NCBI GenBank assembly: GCA_963693365.1
Contig: CAVNZM010000018.1
Coordinates: 186,001-250,000, forward strand
Reading direction: 5' to 3'
Source of the DNA: Amoebidium appalachense
Taxonomy: Eukaryota; Protista; Ichthyosporea
Length of the DNA stretch: 64,000 nt
Positions 44,048 to 64,000 of this stretch are shown here, piece by piece. A program made the position numbers and the translations under genes. Numbering within the stretch: position 1 is the stretch's first letter; each line of letters opens with the position of its first letter. Below the pieces are notes generated by a model. It did not search any database. It was not told the origin of the DNA and worked only from the letters and a program-made list of their open reading frames with translations.

Positions 44048-44470
44048 TCAGAGCTGGGGCTCAGACGTGTAGCTGTGAAGGCCGCCGCCCTCCTCCAGAT
44101 AGGCCTTGAGTTTGCCAATGGCTGCAGGGGGTTTGCCAATGGCTGCAGGGGGTTAAAAGTGAGAAAGAGAAATACTTTCATATACAAACACATACACATG
44201 TACACACACACAAATACAGACACACACACACACACACATATACAGACACACACACGCGCGCGCGCGCGCGCGCGCATGTGCATCCAAGCATAGAGCAGTG
44301 CACTGCAACACACTCGTACACAGTCTTAACACACAAACCATGCGCTTACAACACCGCCTACCCACGCATAATGCTTTGCTTATAATACCGAGTACAGAGA
44401 TTCACGCGTATACATATTCCTTTACACAAGGGGAGATGCAATTTTCCCACTTTTTTTTTATTCCTAGCTG

Positions 44471-44515
<45 letters not shown>

Positions 44516-44548
44516 GCTCGCATGCGTGGTGTGTGCATATGTATATGG

Positions 44549-44581
<33 letters not shown>

Positions 44582-44755
44582 GGGAGGGAGGAAGGAAGGA
44601 ATGAGCACGTACAAGCAAGGATGAAGCCCATGAATACGGGGCTGGGCCTTAGGGGTCGACTCAGCAGCTCGGGGTGGTACTGTACGCCCACATAGAAGGG
44701 GTGGCCTGCATGCACACATGTCAGCCATTTACCAAATCCCCCCCCCCCCCCCCCC

Positions 44756-44789
<34 letters not shown>

Positions 44790-44803
44790 ATAAACACACA
44801 TAT

Positions 44804-44838
<35 letters not shown>

Positions 44839-45039
44839 TCCTCCCTTGCTGAAACAACCACCACCACCACCAGCACCGCCATCCCCCTCCCCGAAAAACC
44901 TACCACGTACATTATCCCTTCATCCAACCCCCCGCCCACACATTCAACGTCTTTCTACATCCTAGTTTCACTGTGCCTACACTTTCACTACATGCAAATC
45001 CCATCCCCCATTACCCCTTCCCCCTCTCCCCCCCCCCTC

Positions 45040-45071
<32 letters not shown>

Positions 45072-45225
45072 ACACACACAGACCCACCCTCCCACCCACA
45101 CACTCACCCCCCATCCCCAACCCCCCATCTCCCCTCCCACCCACCCTCACATACACACTCACCCTCCCCCTCCTCCCCCTCCTCCCCCCCCCCCCCCCCC
45201 CCCCCCGCCGAGGAGCCCCCAAACA

Positions 45226-45310
<85 letters not shown>

Positions 45311-45462
45311 TTTTCAGCTCCATAATCTCCATCCTGTTTCCAGTCTCGTCTCTGCCCACAAACTACATGCCGTGATCCTCCAAAGTGGGAACAAGCTCTG
45401 GGTTGACTTCGTAGCGGTGACGGTGGCGTTCCAAAACGTATTCTTGTTGCCGTACAGTTGGT
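44048..45462 (-). pseudogene. CTPS: CTP synthase 3' fragment (last three exons: ~45309-45462, 44613-44705, 44048-44121)
   Basis: [66 protein letters not shown]. In-frame TAG at 45363-45365 and a 1-nt frameshift near 45444. No upstream CTPS exons were recognisable. Confidence 0.88.
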
Positions 45463-45472
45463 CTGTGTGTGT

Positions 45473-45526
<54 letters not shown>

Positions 45527-46988
45527 ATGGTGGGGTTATTATTAGGACTCTTTGCGCTGCTAAAAATGCCTCGAAGTGTTGAGGGAGAACTATGTACTTA
45601 ATGCGAGGGAAGCCGTCGTGGGATGGCTCACTAAGTAAGTTACTCACATATGACTTTCTAACATGTAACATTTTTTGGATGCTTTATGATCATAGTCTAA
45701 CGATGATGGGGATAATTAAAGTATTCGCCGAAGGAGGGGGGAGGGGGGGGGGAGGGGGGGGGGGGGCATTTACTTTTATATGCGCAACTGGGAAGCCCGT
45801 TGCAGAAACTGGTCCCTCCCCCCCCCCCCCCCCCCCCCCAAAAGAAAAAAAAAAAAAAAAAAAAGATCTTGGAAAAGCGAGCCGAACAATGTGCTTGGTT
45901 TCCCGTACAAAAGGAAAACACACCATATTGAGTGTCTATTTTCCTCAAGTTATTCTGAAAAAGAGAGAGTGTGTGGGTTGTGGTATGAGCACGACACTTG
46001 TCACTTTGTGAGCGCAGATCTAGACGATGCACCTTTTTGTGCGGGTGGGCCGGTGTGCATATCTTTGGTTGTTGTTGTTGTGGTCTTTTTTTTGTTTTTT
46101 TTGGGTGGGGGGGGGGGAGGGGGGGGGGGGAGGGGGGGAGGGGGGGTGAGGGCCCGGGGTGGGGGGGGGGGGGGGGGGGGGGGAGAAGGGGGACAGGAGA
46201 GAGGAGGGGGAGGGGGGTGTAAATAAACGAACCCCACAGTGAAGGAATCCTAGCACTATCTAGACTATACACAGTATACCCCTGACTTGCCTGGTATATT
46301 GTTAGCAAACCACCTCTGTACATGGAATCATAATCCCTGGTTCCGGGCACATACTATTTGTTTAATGGTAGGGACGGTGCTGCTGGTGGTGCTGGTGGTG
46401 CTGGTGTTGGGGAGGGGAGGGGGGGGGGGGGGGGGAGTACGCAACCTCGGAGAGAAACAACGAGAGGTGTAAAACTATTCGGCTGCAAAGGAAAAAAGAG
46501 TGATGGTGGACAGAGAGAGGGGAGGAGGGGGGTGGGGGTCCGAATGGTAGGGGGAAGGAAGGGAGAGGGGTTGGTTGAAGTTTTGGGGATGGAGGAAGGG
46601 TCGCTATAGCTGTCGGGTAGTTATAGCGGTACTGGTGATGGTAAATGTGGTGGCCCAGTGGTGGGGTCGGATGATGCAGGGGGGAGGAGGGAGAGGTAAC
46701 TGAACCCATTCTACCTTTATTTATGAAATAATTAGGCCATCTAAACTATTTATGCTTGTAACCACGCATCTGTGCCAAGGCTTCTCTTCGATTCTTTTTG
46801 AAATAGAATATTGGAAGAAAAGAAGGTGCATGATTACAGTGAGGTAATTGCATTTGAATATCAAAGCATGCATTAAGTTTTCTTGGGCAACAATCTTGGG
46901 CAACATTGTTGTTGTACAGTTTAATTAGTTAACTGACCGGCTGCCTCACCGGGGAGGGGCCAAGGGGAGGGGAAAAGGGTGGGGAAGG

Positions 46989-47020
<32 letters not shown>

Positions 47021-47739
47021 GCGGGGGAGGGTATTTGGTAGGGAGCCTCGGGGAGGGGAGGGGGACCTGGAATTTCATCCGGAGTCGATCGGGGGGGGGG
47101 GGGGGGGGGGGGGGGAGACTCCGAGTGGTCAAACTATGAAACGAACAACACAGATTCACCCAAAATCCAGGAGCCATAATCGTCGAACATTCGAACATAC
47201 CTCATAAAGCAATTGAAACACGCACTTCTCCTGCCCGTTCCAAAGCTTCCTTCTGCCCCGTGCACATATGCGGACATATGCGCGTGAAATCTTCCTTTTA
47301 CGCAATTGACAGCAACCAAGAGGCTCGGGGATTGGCGGGCTGTTGTTCCGTTCAAATCAGATTACAATACGTGGAATGTTAACACCATATTTAGGTACAA
47401 TATTCGTGCTTTAATTGGTTTAGCTGATCTCGCCGTTTTTGGAAAATTTGGAAAGTTCTTTGATTCGCTAAAACAGGGATGACAGATGCCTTCGTAGATC
47501 CGCTCATCTGGTCATCTGCCGTGTATACGGGGATGTGCAGAGCGCGCAGCAAGGAGTATTAAAGAGGCATCAGGTCCCACCAGTAAGCAGAAAACAGCAA
47601 CAAGTCAACATACAAACGGGTTTAAAGGCAGCTAAACCGCTTCAAACAGGTCTAAATAATCTTGCACAAGAGGCAATATTATATATCTAGTGCTACCTTA
47701 CTGCACAATTACAAAACCAACACCACGCCAAAAGCAACC

Positions 47740-48364
47740 ATGTCGCCCCTCAACTTCCTCCTCTCCGCCGCCCTTGCTGCCTGCGCTGCCGCTGCCAGTC
47801 TGCCCTTCCCCGAGCCAGGCAGTTTGGCTTGGGAGCTGTGTGCGACCCCTCTTTCTGGCCCGTGCGACCCAGCAACCCTCCTTAGTCGTCAACAGGAGGC
47901 CCCAAATCTGCGTCCCTTCGAGCGCCAACAACTGGAGTCCCAGCTCTCCATGTGCAGAACAATTCTGTCACAGTGCAGCAATCCAAGCCGTTTGCTCGAG
48001 AGACGCAGCGTCAATGACTTTAACCCAGCCTACGATGTCCTCTCTTGGTCTCCCTCTGACTCTACCTTGCTCGGGGCCTTGCAAGTGCCGCAGGATGAAA
48101 ACCAGCAGAGCTCTGCAGGGGGAGAAAAGAGTCGACTCCCTGCACACACGCAGTGCACGTGCATGGCCCAGCCACGTGCAGGCACGGCGCAACATCTTCA
48201 ACGACATTGGGGGCGCCTTCACCTCGGCCGCCGACAAAGTATCCGACGTTGCCACCGACGCAGTGCAGGAGATAGGCAAGGTGGTGCCTGGGGGGGATAG
48301 TTCGTCCGGTGGAGGTGGGGGCAGTGAGTCGGATGAGGATTTGGCTATCCTTGCACTCGCCTAG
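47740..48364 (+). CDS. Secreted multi-peptide precursor, copy 3 (type A); one extra G at ~48118-48122 shifts the frame
   Basis: MSPLNFLLSAALAACAAAA...LLERR|SVNDF... continues in another frame as EKRVDSLHTR...EDLAILALA*. Paralogues have G4 where this copy has G5. Confidence 0.82.
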
Positions 48365-48449
48365 AATATTATGCCGTGTGCACATGTGTATTTAAATAGT
48401 TTACAAACTGCTGGAGGTATTCGGCCGGAAGATATTCAATTTAGACGAT

Positions 48450-48634
<185 letters not shown>

Positions 48635-48657
48635 TGGTGGGGGGGGGGGGGGGGGGG

Positions 48658-48689
<32 letters not shown>

Positions 48690-49030
48690 AGGGAGGGAGG
48701 GGTAGGCTGATGATTCACAATAGGTTCATCATAAATTTTGTCGTTGTGTGCATACGGATCATGAGGTATTCTTTTGACTGACTCGGACCTGAGACGTACA
48801 GTTCTAGTTTCTTTTGTTTTCTACAATTTGCCATGTGCTTAGAGTCTCGAAGCTTAGAGTCTCAGGGTCAATAAAAGCATCAAAGCCTAATAGCGGGCAA
48901 AATGTCACTGACCACTAAATCTTGTTAAAACAAATCCAGTAGCAGGTACTGCATCCCCCCCCCCCCCTCCTTCCCCCCACCTCCTTCCCCACCCTTTCAA
49001 CCCTTCTTACCTCAAAGCCACTTATAGGTC

Positions 49031-49074
<44 letters not shown>

Positions 49075-49481
49075 AACATCATTGGTTCATATTTATTCCT
49101 GTATTTCAAAATTACTCAGGATTATATTTCTGGTCATTTGTTTTTCTTAGTGGCAGCTGCAAGGGGGCCCGAGGAGGGTGCGTGTGTGTGGTGGTGGTGG
49201 TGGTGGTTGGGGGGGGGGTAACCTAGAGAACATTTGAGAGAAGAATTGAGGGGGCTATATAGCAAGACGAGGAGTCTGAATTCGAACATACACAAAATTT
49301 GAATGGAAAAAGGGGGAGGGGGAGGGGAGAGAGGCGGAGAGGGCGATAGGGTGGTTTTCGGAGGCTTAGGGTGTGTTGGTGGGTGTCGTGTGGGTGGAGG
49401 TTTAGTGTGTGTGTGCGAGGGGGGGGGGGGGGGGGGGGGGGCCGTGCATGCATGCGTATGAGCGTGCGTGCGTGTGCGTGC

Positions 49482-49540
<59 letters not shown>

Positions 49541-49769
49541 CGCGCGCACGTGCGTGCGTGGGTGCGTGTGTGTGTGCGTGCGTGCGTGCGTGCTTGTGTG
49601 TGTGCCTGTGTGTGTGTGTGTGTTTAACCAGGTCCTTTTATTTATTATTTTTCTCTCCCAAATAGTATACATTCTGTATATTGGAGGCTTGATTTTGAAA
49701 ATGCAGTGAGGGGGGGAGGGGGTAGCAATCTTGGGGGCAAGGGAGGGGTCAACCACACGAGCTGAATTA

Positions 49770-49880
49770 TTCTGCTGGTAGCAGCGTAATTCTGCTGGTA
49801 GCGGCGTAATTCTAATGGTAGCAGCGTAATTCTGCTTTGGCTGCATGATTCTGCTTCGAGGGCACTAAATTCTGCTTCGA
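49770..49880. repeat. Degenerate minisatellite built on GCGTAATTCTGCTGGTAG / AATTCTGC
   Basis: Three near-complete units plus decayed ones. Confidence 0.75.
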
Positions 49881-50004
49881 ACAGTAATTCAACTTGATGG
49901 TCGGTTTTGTCGCCATCATCAAAAATGCTCACGTGCCTAGGAAAAGCTGGCAGGGACTACCCCTCCGGAGGACAGGGGAAGGGGGGGGAGGGGAGGGGAG
50001 GGAA

Positions 50005-50040
<36 letters not shown>

Positions 50041-50107
50041 GGGGCGAAGGGACCCACCACGCACCTGAGTTGGTGCCCCCTTCCCCTGCCCCCACCCCAC
50101 CCCACCT

Positions 50108-50138
<31 letters not shown>

Positions 50139-50709
50139 GGGGGCGTCCACTATGTTGGATATCATGATCCTTATAGTACCATTATTTAGCAGCGGTCTAC
50201 ATGCATTCCCAAAAGAAAAAAATGTTTAAGCTTAAAATTCCTTTACCTGATTCATCTAAAATTCAGGCAACACACTACAGGTACCCCCCCCCCCCCCCCC
50301 ACCTCTATCCTTTGAAGGGGATGGGGTGGAAGGGGGGGGGGGGGGGGGGGGGGCAGTGTCTCCAGCTCCCCACAGCATGCATATACACACACACATATAC
50401 ACTTCACACGCATTTCACCCTTACCTACACTGTGACACATGTACCACACAAGCACACAAGGTGCACAAACCTGCGATGCGAACTTCCACATCATGACATG
50501 CAGTGTGAGATACACTAGCCATAAAACTAACGGCAAAAAGCACACTGTGTATCTCCCGTGTGAGCACGTAAGATATTTTGTGTATCTTGCGTCACACGAA
50601 CAAACAGACTTTCTGGCTGGTAAGGGAAAGAAAGACACACACACTCTCACACACATCCACGCAGCACAAGTGCTATGGTGAACACACTTGTAGACACACG
50701 GTCAGACAG

Positions 50710-50820
<111 letters not shown>

Positions 50821-51304
50821 GTCTGACGTGCTCACTGAGTACATTCGTTCAAGGCGCACACAAATGCATCCACAACATGCAAACCCATGCGCCCTCCTTC
50901 TCCCTCTCTTTCCTTTTCTCTCTCACTCCCCGTCTCCCCCCCCCATGCCCCCCCTCGAAAGGGAGTCTCTCTCCTTCTCACCCTCACCCCCTTCCCCCCC
51001 CCCTTAACTCTTCTCTCTAGCCCATACAAGTACCACACATACACGCAAGTGCACGCACATCCACATGTTTAAAAACATCCACCCACGCCGGCACAACATA
51101 CAGAGGTACATTCCCACACATACACACCCTCCCACGAACACTGTGGACACGATCATCATAATGTCGCCCCAATACTTTAATCATCTTTCGCGCTGATCGT
51201 CACGCATCATTGTTGGGTGGGGTCAAGGGAGAGAGAGATGTTTGGCCATTGGTGGGGGGGGGGGGGGGGGGGGGGGGATGTTTGGGGAAGGGGGGGGGGG
51301 AATG

Positions 51305-51346
<42 letters not shown>

Positions 51347-51800
51347 AGGGGAGGGATTTTCTACCTCTGGGGTTAGCGCGTCGAGGGTGGCACGGGGAGG
51401 GAACCACCCACCCTCCGAGCTGATGGGTCGCTCCCCCCAACCTCTCCCCCCTCCCCCCACCCCTCCCACCCTCCTTCCCCCCCCCCCTCCCCCCCCCCCC
51501 CCCCACCCACCCACCCACCCCACCCCCCCATTCCTTCATCTCAAATGAATTTAAGAGAAAGGGAGAGAATACGTCGTGATACAATAAGCTTCAGTGCATG
51601 CATATGATTATGGGGTTTACGCTGTTTACTCGAGGCAAAGAGAGACCAGTCTCAGGTATGGGGGGGTTTTGCTCGGAATATCCCCTCAGCGGTATATCAT
51701 GATCACGTACATAACTGTCGGGTGATGATTATATATCAGGGTTTAATTTCTCTACGAGACACCATAAAGACTAAGAAAAATCAATTAGTTGAGGTTCCCC

Positions 51801-51861
51801 GTTTTTTTTCTTTTTTTTCTTTTTCTTTTCGGGCTCCCCTGGGACACTCGGTATCAGCTGG

Positions 51862-51944
<83 letters not shown>

Positions 51945-52830
51945 CGTGCTAGGATTTTGTAATGATGTGTTTCTCAAGCCAATCAATACATCTAATAAAC
52001 AGGTCGTATACGTAGTTTCGCGTGTTTAGTATAAATTCAAGGATGTTGTAATTTTTAGGTAGGCTATCTTTCTGGGTGTCTGTTGTGAATGTGACGTGTG
52101 TGTGTTGCGGTATTATGTGGTCTATCAAACTACATTTGGCGATACATGACCGTTTAAACTGGTGTGTGTGTGTGTTGTTTGGGCATGCAAAGGATGCCAC
52201 CTTACACTTATTAGATCTCCACTGTATAGGACGTGTACAGTAAAAGCCTGGTATGTGATCAATAATACCATCAGCTAGAGAAAGACCAATTCTACAGGAA
52301 GGTAATATGTATTTGGGTGTTACACATTTGCGAGTGCCATATTTGGCAATATGGTTAAGGCGGTCATTATATATAAAACGAGACATAATTACGGCTTAGT
52401 TTTTCAAGGTGTATGCTTTCATCGGGTCTGGTGTCGTGTGGTATCTTTTTCCATTTGTTAGATTGCGTAATTATCTTGTGATTGTGTACATGTCTGATAA
52501 GTAAGTGGCAGTCCAAAGTCACACGCACACTTTTGTGGGGTTATTTGTATTTGTGCCCGGGGGAATAGGAGAGAGAGAGAGGGAAGGAAAGAGGGGAGAG
52601 GTGAGGAGGGGACAGGTCGGATAGAGAAGAGGGGGTGGGAGGGCAAGTACTTCTTGTGCTTATTGAAATTCAGCGCGAGATGGGAAATAGAGAAGACTAC
52701 CCTGAAAATCGTGGAGGCCATAGTCAGACGCTTTACAGCTAATCCAACCTCCAACAACAGGATATACGTTTAGAGTTTTAGGTACTCTGGTTTGCACCAG
52801 GTACCGGGGTTAGACTTTGAAACAATACTG
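51801..52830 (-). mobile_element. Decayed 3' fragment of a LINE related to the element at 9039-10947
   Basis: LALNFNKHKKYLPSHPLF, YILPSCRIGLSLADG, QWRSN and NILEFILNTRNYVYDLF align with LSLRFCFHVVRLPDGHPLY, YISPAVRMDTTLVD, QWRCN and NTSDFLLNS. A-rich tail on the minus strand at 51801-51830. Confidence 0.78.
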
Positions 52831-53490
52831 GCAGAGTTAAGTAATAAACCGGAAAAAATGAAAGTAACTATACATTTTCTTGGTGATTTCAATATAATAA
52901 TGGATATCCAACAAATCCGGACTCGCTAGATATTTTTTTTTTTTTTTTTTTTTTTTGGGGGGGGGGGGGGGGGGGAGAGGGGGGGGGAGGGGGGGAGGGG
53001 GGGGGAGGGGGAGGGGGGAGGGGGGGGGGGAGGGGGGGGGGGAGGGGAGCGGGCGGGTGTTTGGGGGGGGGGAGGGGGTTGAGGGGTTTGAAGGGGTTGG
53101 GAGGGTTGGGGGGGAGAGGGAGGGAGGGGGGAGGGGGGGGGAGGGGGGAGGGGGGGGGGAGGCTAGCGAAGAGCTAAGATCCACAAATTCACCTACACCA
53201 AAGTTGGAAGAAAGACAGAAGAGTACTTGAGAGGAATTTCTAGGAATCTTTCCAGACACCCCTTTCTCTTCGCAATTGTATGTTCGCGGTTCCATGGTGT
53301 GTGACTGTAGCCGGTGTGAGCACGTGCCACGTGGCACTATTGAAGCACGTGGTTAGAAAGGCTGCCAAATATGGAATGATTAGGAGATCTAGATCTTGAC
53401 GATGACGACCGCACGGCGTGTAGGGATTGGCGGGCAGTTGTTCCAAGATCACCACAGCTTTTAGAGCCATATGTAGGTATGTAATCAACA

Positions 53491-53893
53491 CAGGGTAGGG
53501 ATTACGAACGAAAATCGTCGTAATTACGATTAACGAGAGACCCCGATACGAATAAGGTTGGGGTGCTGTCGTAACAGCTTTCGTATGGTAATTAGCGTAA
53601 AATATGCTCGACTATCTAATCTTGCCTATTCTTTCGGTATTTCTGTTCAAGAACCTATCTGCAGCTCTCTTGCTGTGCAATATCGAGCCCCGACCATTGC
53701 TCAGGGCCTGTAATCCTGTTAATAAGTTATACTCAATTTGTGAAAATGCGCATTTTGGAATTTTGACTGGAGGGGCGTTTTCGACGGGGCTGAACGCTAC
53801 ACAAGAACCCTCATACTTGCATAAAAAAAAAAAATCTTTCCGTCGAACAAATCCAGTCAAAAGAAAAAAAGAAACCCCCGCTGCCCAACCCTG
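53491..53893. mobile_element. hAT-like non-autonomous element (403 bp) in the promoter of precursor copy 4
   Basis: TIR CAGGGTAGGG / CCCAACCCTG and 8-bp TSD AATCAACA / AATCAATA. The empty site is visible in the paralogous promoter (TAATCAATACATG, ~41101). Confidence 0.88.
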
Positions 53894-54225
53894 AATCAAT
53901 ACATGTTTTAATTGGCTTATATGACTTTGTCATTCCAAGAGCTTTTTTATTGGTTTATACAGGGATGACAGATGCCTTCGTAGATCCACTGATCTGGTCG
54001 AGGGCGAGGACCATCTTCCATCTGCAGAGCACGCAGCGGCCAAGGGGTATAAAGGGGTACACGGTCCCACCACTAAGCAGTACAACAGCAAAAGGACACA
54101 TAAAAACGATTTGGATTGCAGCCAATATACCACAAGCCTGTCTAATTTTTCTCCCTGCTCACAAACATTCCTAGCCGCAGCCAATACACTTAGCCCTGTA
54201 GAATTCAAGTACCACCCACTGCACC

Positions 54226-54984
54226 ATGTCGCCCCTCACCTTCCTCCTCCCCGCCGCCCTTGCCGCCTGCGCTGCCGCTGCGAGTCTGCCCTCATCCTAC
54301 CCAGGAAGTCAGACCAACTCGCCATGTTCCACCCCGCTACCGAGCGCGTGCAACCCCGCAAATGTTCTCGCAAGTATTCGAGGTGATGCTTCCATGCTGC
54401 GTGCCTCCGAGCTCAGCTACCTCGGAGCCCAGATGGCCAGGTGCCGTGCCATTCAATCCATGTGCAGCAGTGGTGCAGGGGGCCCTGGTGATGAAACACC
54501 TGAAGACTCGCTCGAGAGACGCAGCGTCAATGACTTTGACCCAACCTACAATGTCCTGTCTTGGTCTCCCTCTGACTCTACCTTGCTCGGGGCCTTGCAA
54601 GTGCCGCAGGATGAAACCCAGCAGGGCTCAGCAGGGGAGAAAAAAGTCGACTCCCTGCACACACGCAGCGCACGTGCATGGCCCAGCCACGTGGATGCAC
54701 GGCGCAACATCTTCAACGACATTGGGGGCGCCTTCACCTCGGCCGCCGACAAAGTGTCAAACTTTGCCACGGATACATTTGGGCCCAACGTGAAGGAGGC
54801 TGCACGTGCCACCTATGACGCGGCAAAATATGGCCACGACGCCTTCAACGCGGCTCTGGGCGAGCAGGCGCCTGGGCTCACAAATAGCGCTGGGGTGCTG
54901 GCTGATGAGCTGCCGGCACCTGTGGCTCAGGCGGCAGCAGAGGACGGGGCACTGGAGGTGGCCGAAATAGCAGTGGTCGGATAG
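54226..54984 (+). CDS. Secreted multi-peptide precursor, copy 4 (type B), 252 aa
   Basis: Near-identical to copy 2. Confidence 0.88.
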   Translation: MSPLTFLLPAALAACAAAASLPSSYPGSQTNSPCSTPLPSACNPANVLASIRGDASMLRASELSYLGAQMARCRAIQSMCSSGAGGPGDETPEDSLERRSVNDFDPTYNVLSWSPSDSTLLGALQVPQDETQQGSAGEKKVDSLHTRSARAWPSHVDARRNIFNDIGGAFTSAADKVSNFATDTFGPNVKEAARATYDAAKYGHDAFNAALGEQAPGLTNSAGVLADELPAPVAQAAAEDGALEVAEIAVVG

Positions 54985-55263
54985 CGTGCGAGGTGTGCTC
55001 TTTTACACATGTGCTTAGGAAAGACGTGGTCATGATGATCCGAACTGACCAGAGTGAAGCCAGGGCAGAGAGGGGGAGGAGAGAAAGGAAGAGAGGGAGG
55101 GAGGGTGGGTGGGAGGGGCTGGGGGGGTTGGGGGAAGAGGGGGTTGGGGGTAGGGGGTGGGAGAGGTCTGTACATAAACACAGCAGTGAGATATAATAAA
55201 GTACGATGTGAAAATCCAATGTTCTTGTAGTTGCACACCGTCACAGACTTCAGAATCTAGACC

Positions 55264-55299
<36 letters not shown>

Positions 55300-55669
55300 C
55301 CCCCACCCCCCGCCCATCCTACCGCCCTCCCCACACACACACCTCCTCCACCCACCCACACCACCCCTAACCCCACCCACCCACACCCACACATGTACAC
55401 CCACCTCATGTGTATGCCCTTCTCGGCCTCCCTCTGTAACCGTGCTTCACAAGCTTTCTTTTTATGTTCGTTTCAAGCTCCTGGTAAAAATCCCCTCGTA
55501 TTCCTAAAGGTCCATCTTTCGCAGATCATGCTTCCTTCAATTTCCAGTTTCAAATTAGGTGGCATCAAATCGATTCCATTTTTATTATAACAAAACCTTG
55601 CAGAGATTGGCATATGAGAGGTGGCCTACCGAGTCCCCCCCCCCTCCCCCCCCCCCCCCTCCCCCCCCC

Positions 55670-55701
<32 letters not shown>

Positions 55702-56446
55702 ACCCGCCCGCGCTCCCTCCCCCTGGGCGAAAAAATAGAAATAAACTTAAGTTCGTAATAAATAATACCAACGTTGTCCCAAGGAATTCAAACTTTATCA
55801 CAACCATCATTATTGGAAGTTGCCCTAGCTAGGGGGCGACTTTCCCCCGGACGTGATAAATATACAGCACTACAACAGTTACTGAATTTTGTTTTTGAAC
55901 AATTGCATTCCAAGTAGCAAGCAAGTCAGCCGGAAGCATTCAAACATTGTCAAACTTTTTTTGTGGGTCAGTCCGACCATAATTTTATTTTCAAGTTACA
56001 TATTGATTTCGAAATCATTTATTATGCCATTTTTTAGTGTTTTGTTGGGCGGGGCAGGGATGCCCCGGGGAGGGGGGGGGGAGGGGGGGGGGGGGGGGGG
56101 CTTAGCCGTGACGGCTTTGCTTTCAGTGCTCCCGGACCGTTTCTCTCCCCTTCTGGCGGCATCCTTTCTCCTCATGATATGCAGGCGGCCGTGCACTGAA
56201 CATGTATATCACGTGTCCTGTTGCCATATTCCCATGTGGTATGCATATGTTTAACGTTGGTGCCAGTTAGCTTGTTTTGTTTTTTGGAAGCGCATGCTCG
56301 CACCACAGACACACGCACATGCACATGCACACACATGATCACATGTGTGTATGTACGTACACACACACACACACACACACACGCACATACATACACACAC
56401 ACACGCGCGCAGACGCGCACAGGCAGGCACGCACGCACCGGGGCAC

Positions 56447-56479
<33 letters not shown>

Positions 56480-56484
56480 CGTCC

Positions 56485-56928
<444 letters not shown>

Positions 56929-57291
56929 GTGTTTGTATTTGATGCCGGGCCATCATCAGAGCGTTTGCGCAATCACTCAGTTTGCGCAATGACCCAATTT
57001 GCGCAATCTTGGCTTTTGGCGCCAACAGAAATCGAAAAAAAAAAACGAGCGGGAACGGAACGAGAAACACACATACACCGTCACATACACCGTGACACAG
57101 AGAGAGTGAGCCTCGGACAGACAGGAAGAGACAGAGCACAGATGCAGTAGCGTGCAGTGAGTTGTAGCCCTCATTGTTAGAGCGTCAACACCACAGCCAT
57201 AGCCTATTACTTATTCACAGTGAAGTAGGGCAGACTCTTAACACGCACACACACCATCATAGACCCGTGTGTCTGTGTGCACCCTCGGAAC

Positions 57292-64000
<6,709 letters not shown>

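Noticed and set aside
45363-45365. TAG reassignment or readthrough in CTP synthase
   Set aside because: RPL22, the WD40 gene and all four precursor genes end in TAG, and the CTPS piece is otherwise damaged.
55816-55846. GC-rich hairpin as a Helitron 3' end or terminator
   Set aside because: No downstream CTRR terminus, and no second copy in the window.

Overview
Eukaryotic genomic DNA: GT-AG introns, GC-rich exons, and non-coding DNA saturated with (CA)n/(GT)n and long poly-G/poly-C tracts. The organism cannot be named from sequence alone; gene content and style would fit a unicellular opisthokont. Positions 1-8605 are a head-to-tail, LTR-sharing tandem of a Ty1/copia retrotransposon (period 5121 bp, 768-bp LTRs, half-tRNAiMet PBS) inserted inside a LysM gene. 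A 5'-truncated LINE then cuts a second LysM paralogue. Recognisable genes are RPL22 (-), a coiled-coil protein (-), an intronless orphan ORF (+), a class IV aminotransferase (-), a BTB/KCTD-WD40 protein (+), a CTP synthase 3' fragment (-) and ZW10 (+, runs off the window). Two results stand out. First, a four-copy A-B-A-B array encodes secreted, dibasic-site-processed multi-peptide precursors with a variable Cys-rich N-module, a near-invariant mosaic core, a dimorphic C-terminal peptide and a shared promoter module. Second, a ZW10 intron holds an indel-free hairpin with 116-nt arms whose G:U wobbles are strongly biased to the sense strand, a candidate miRNA/hairpin-RNA precursor. Single-base indels in homopolymers recur in several genes, so many apparent frameshifts may be consensus errors.
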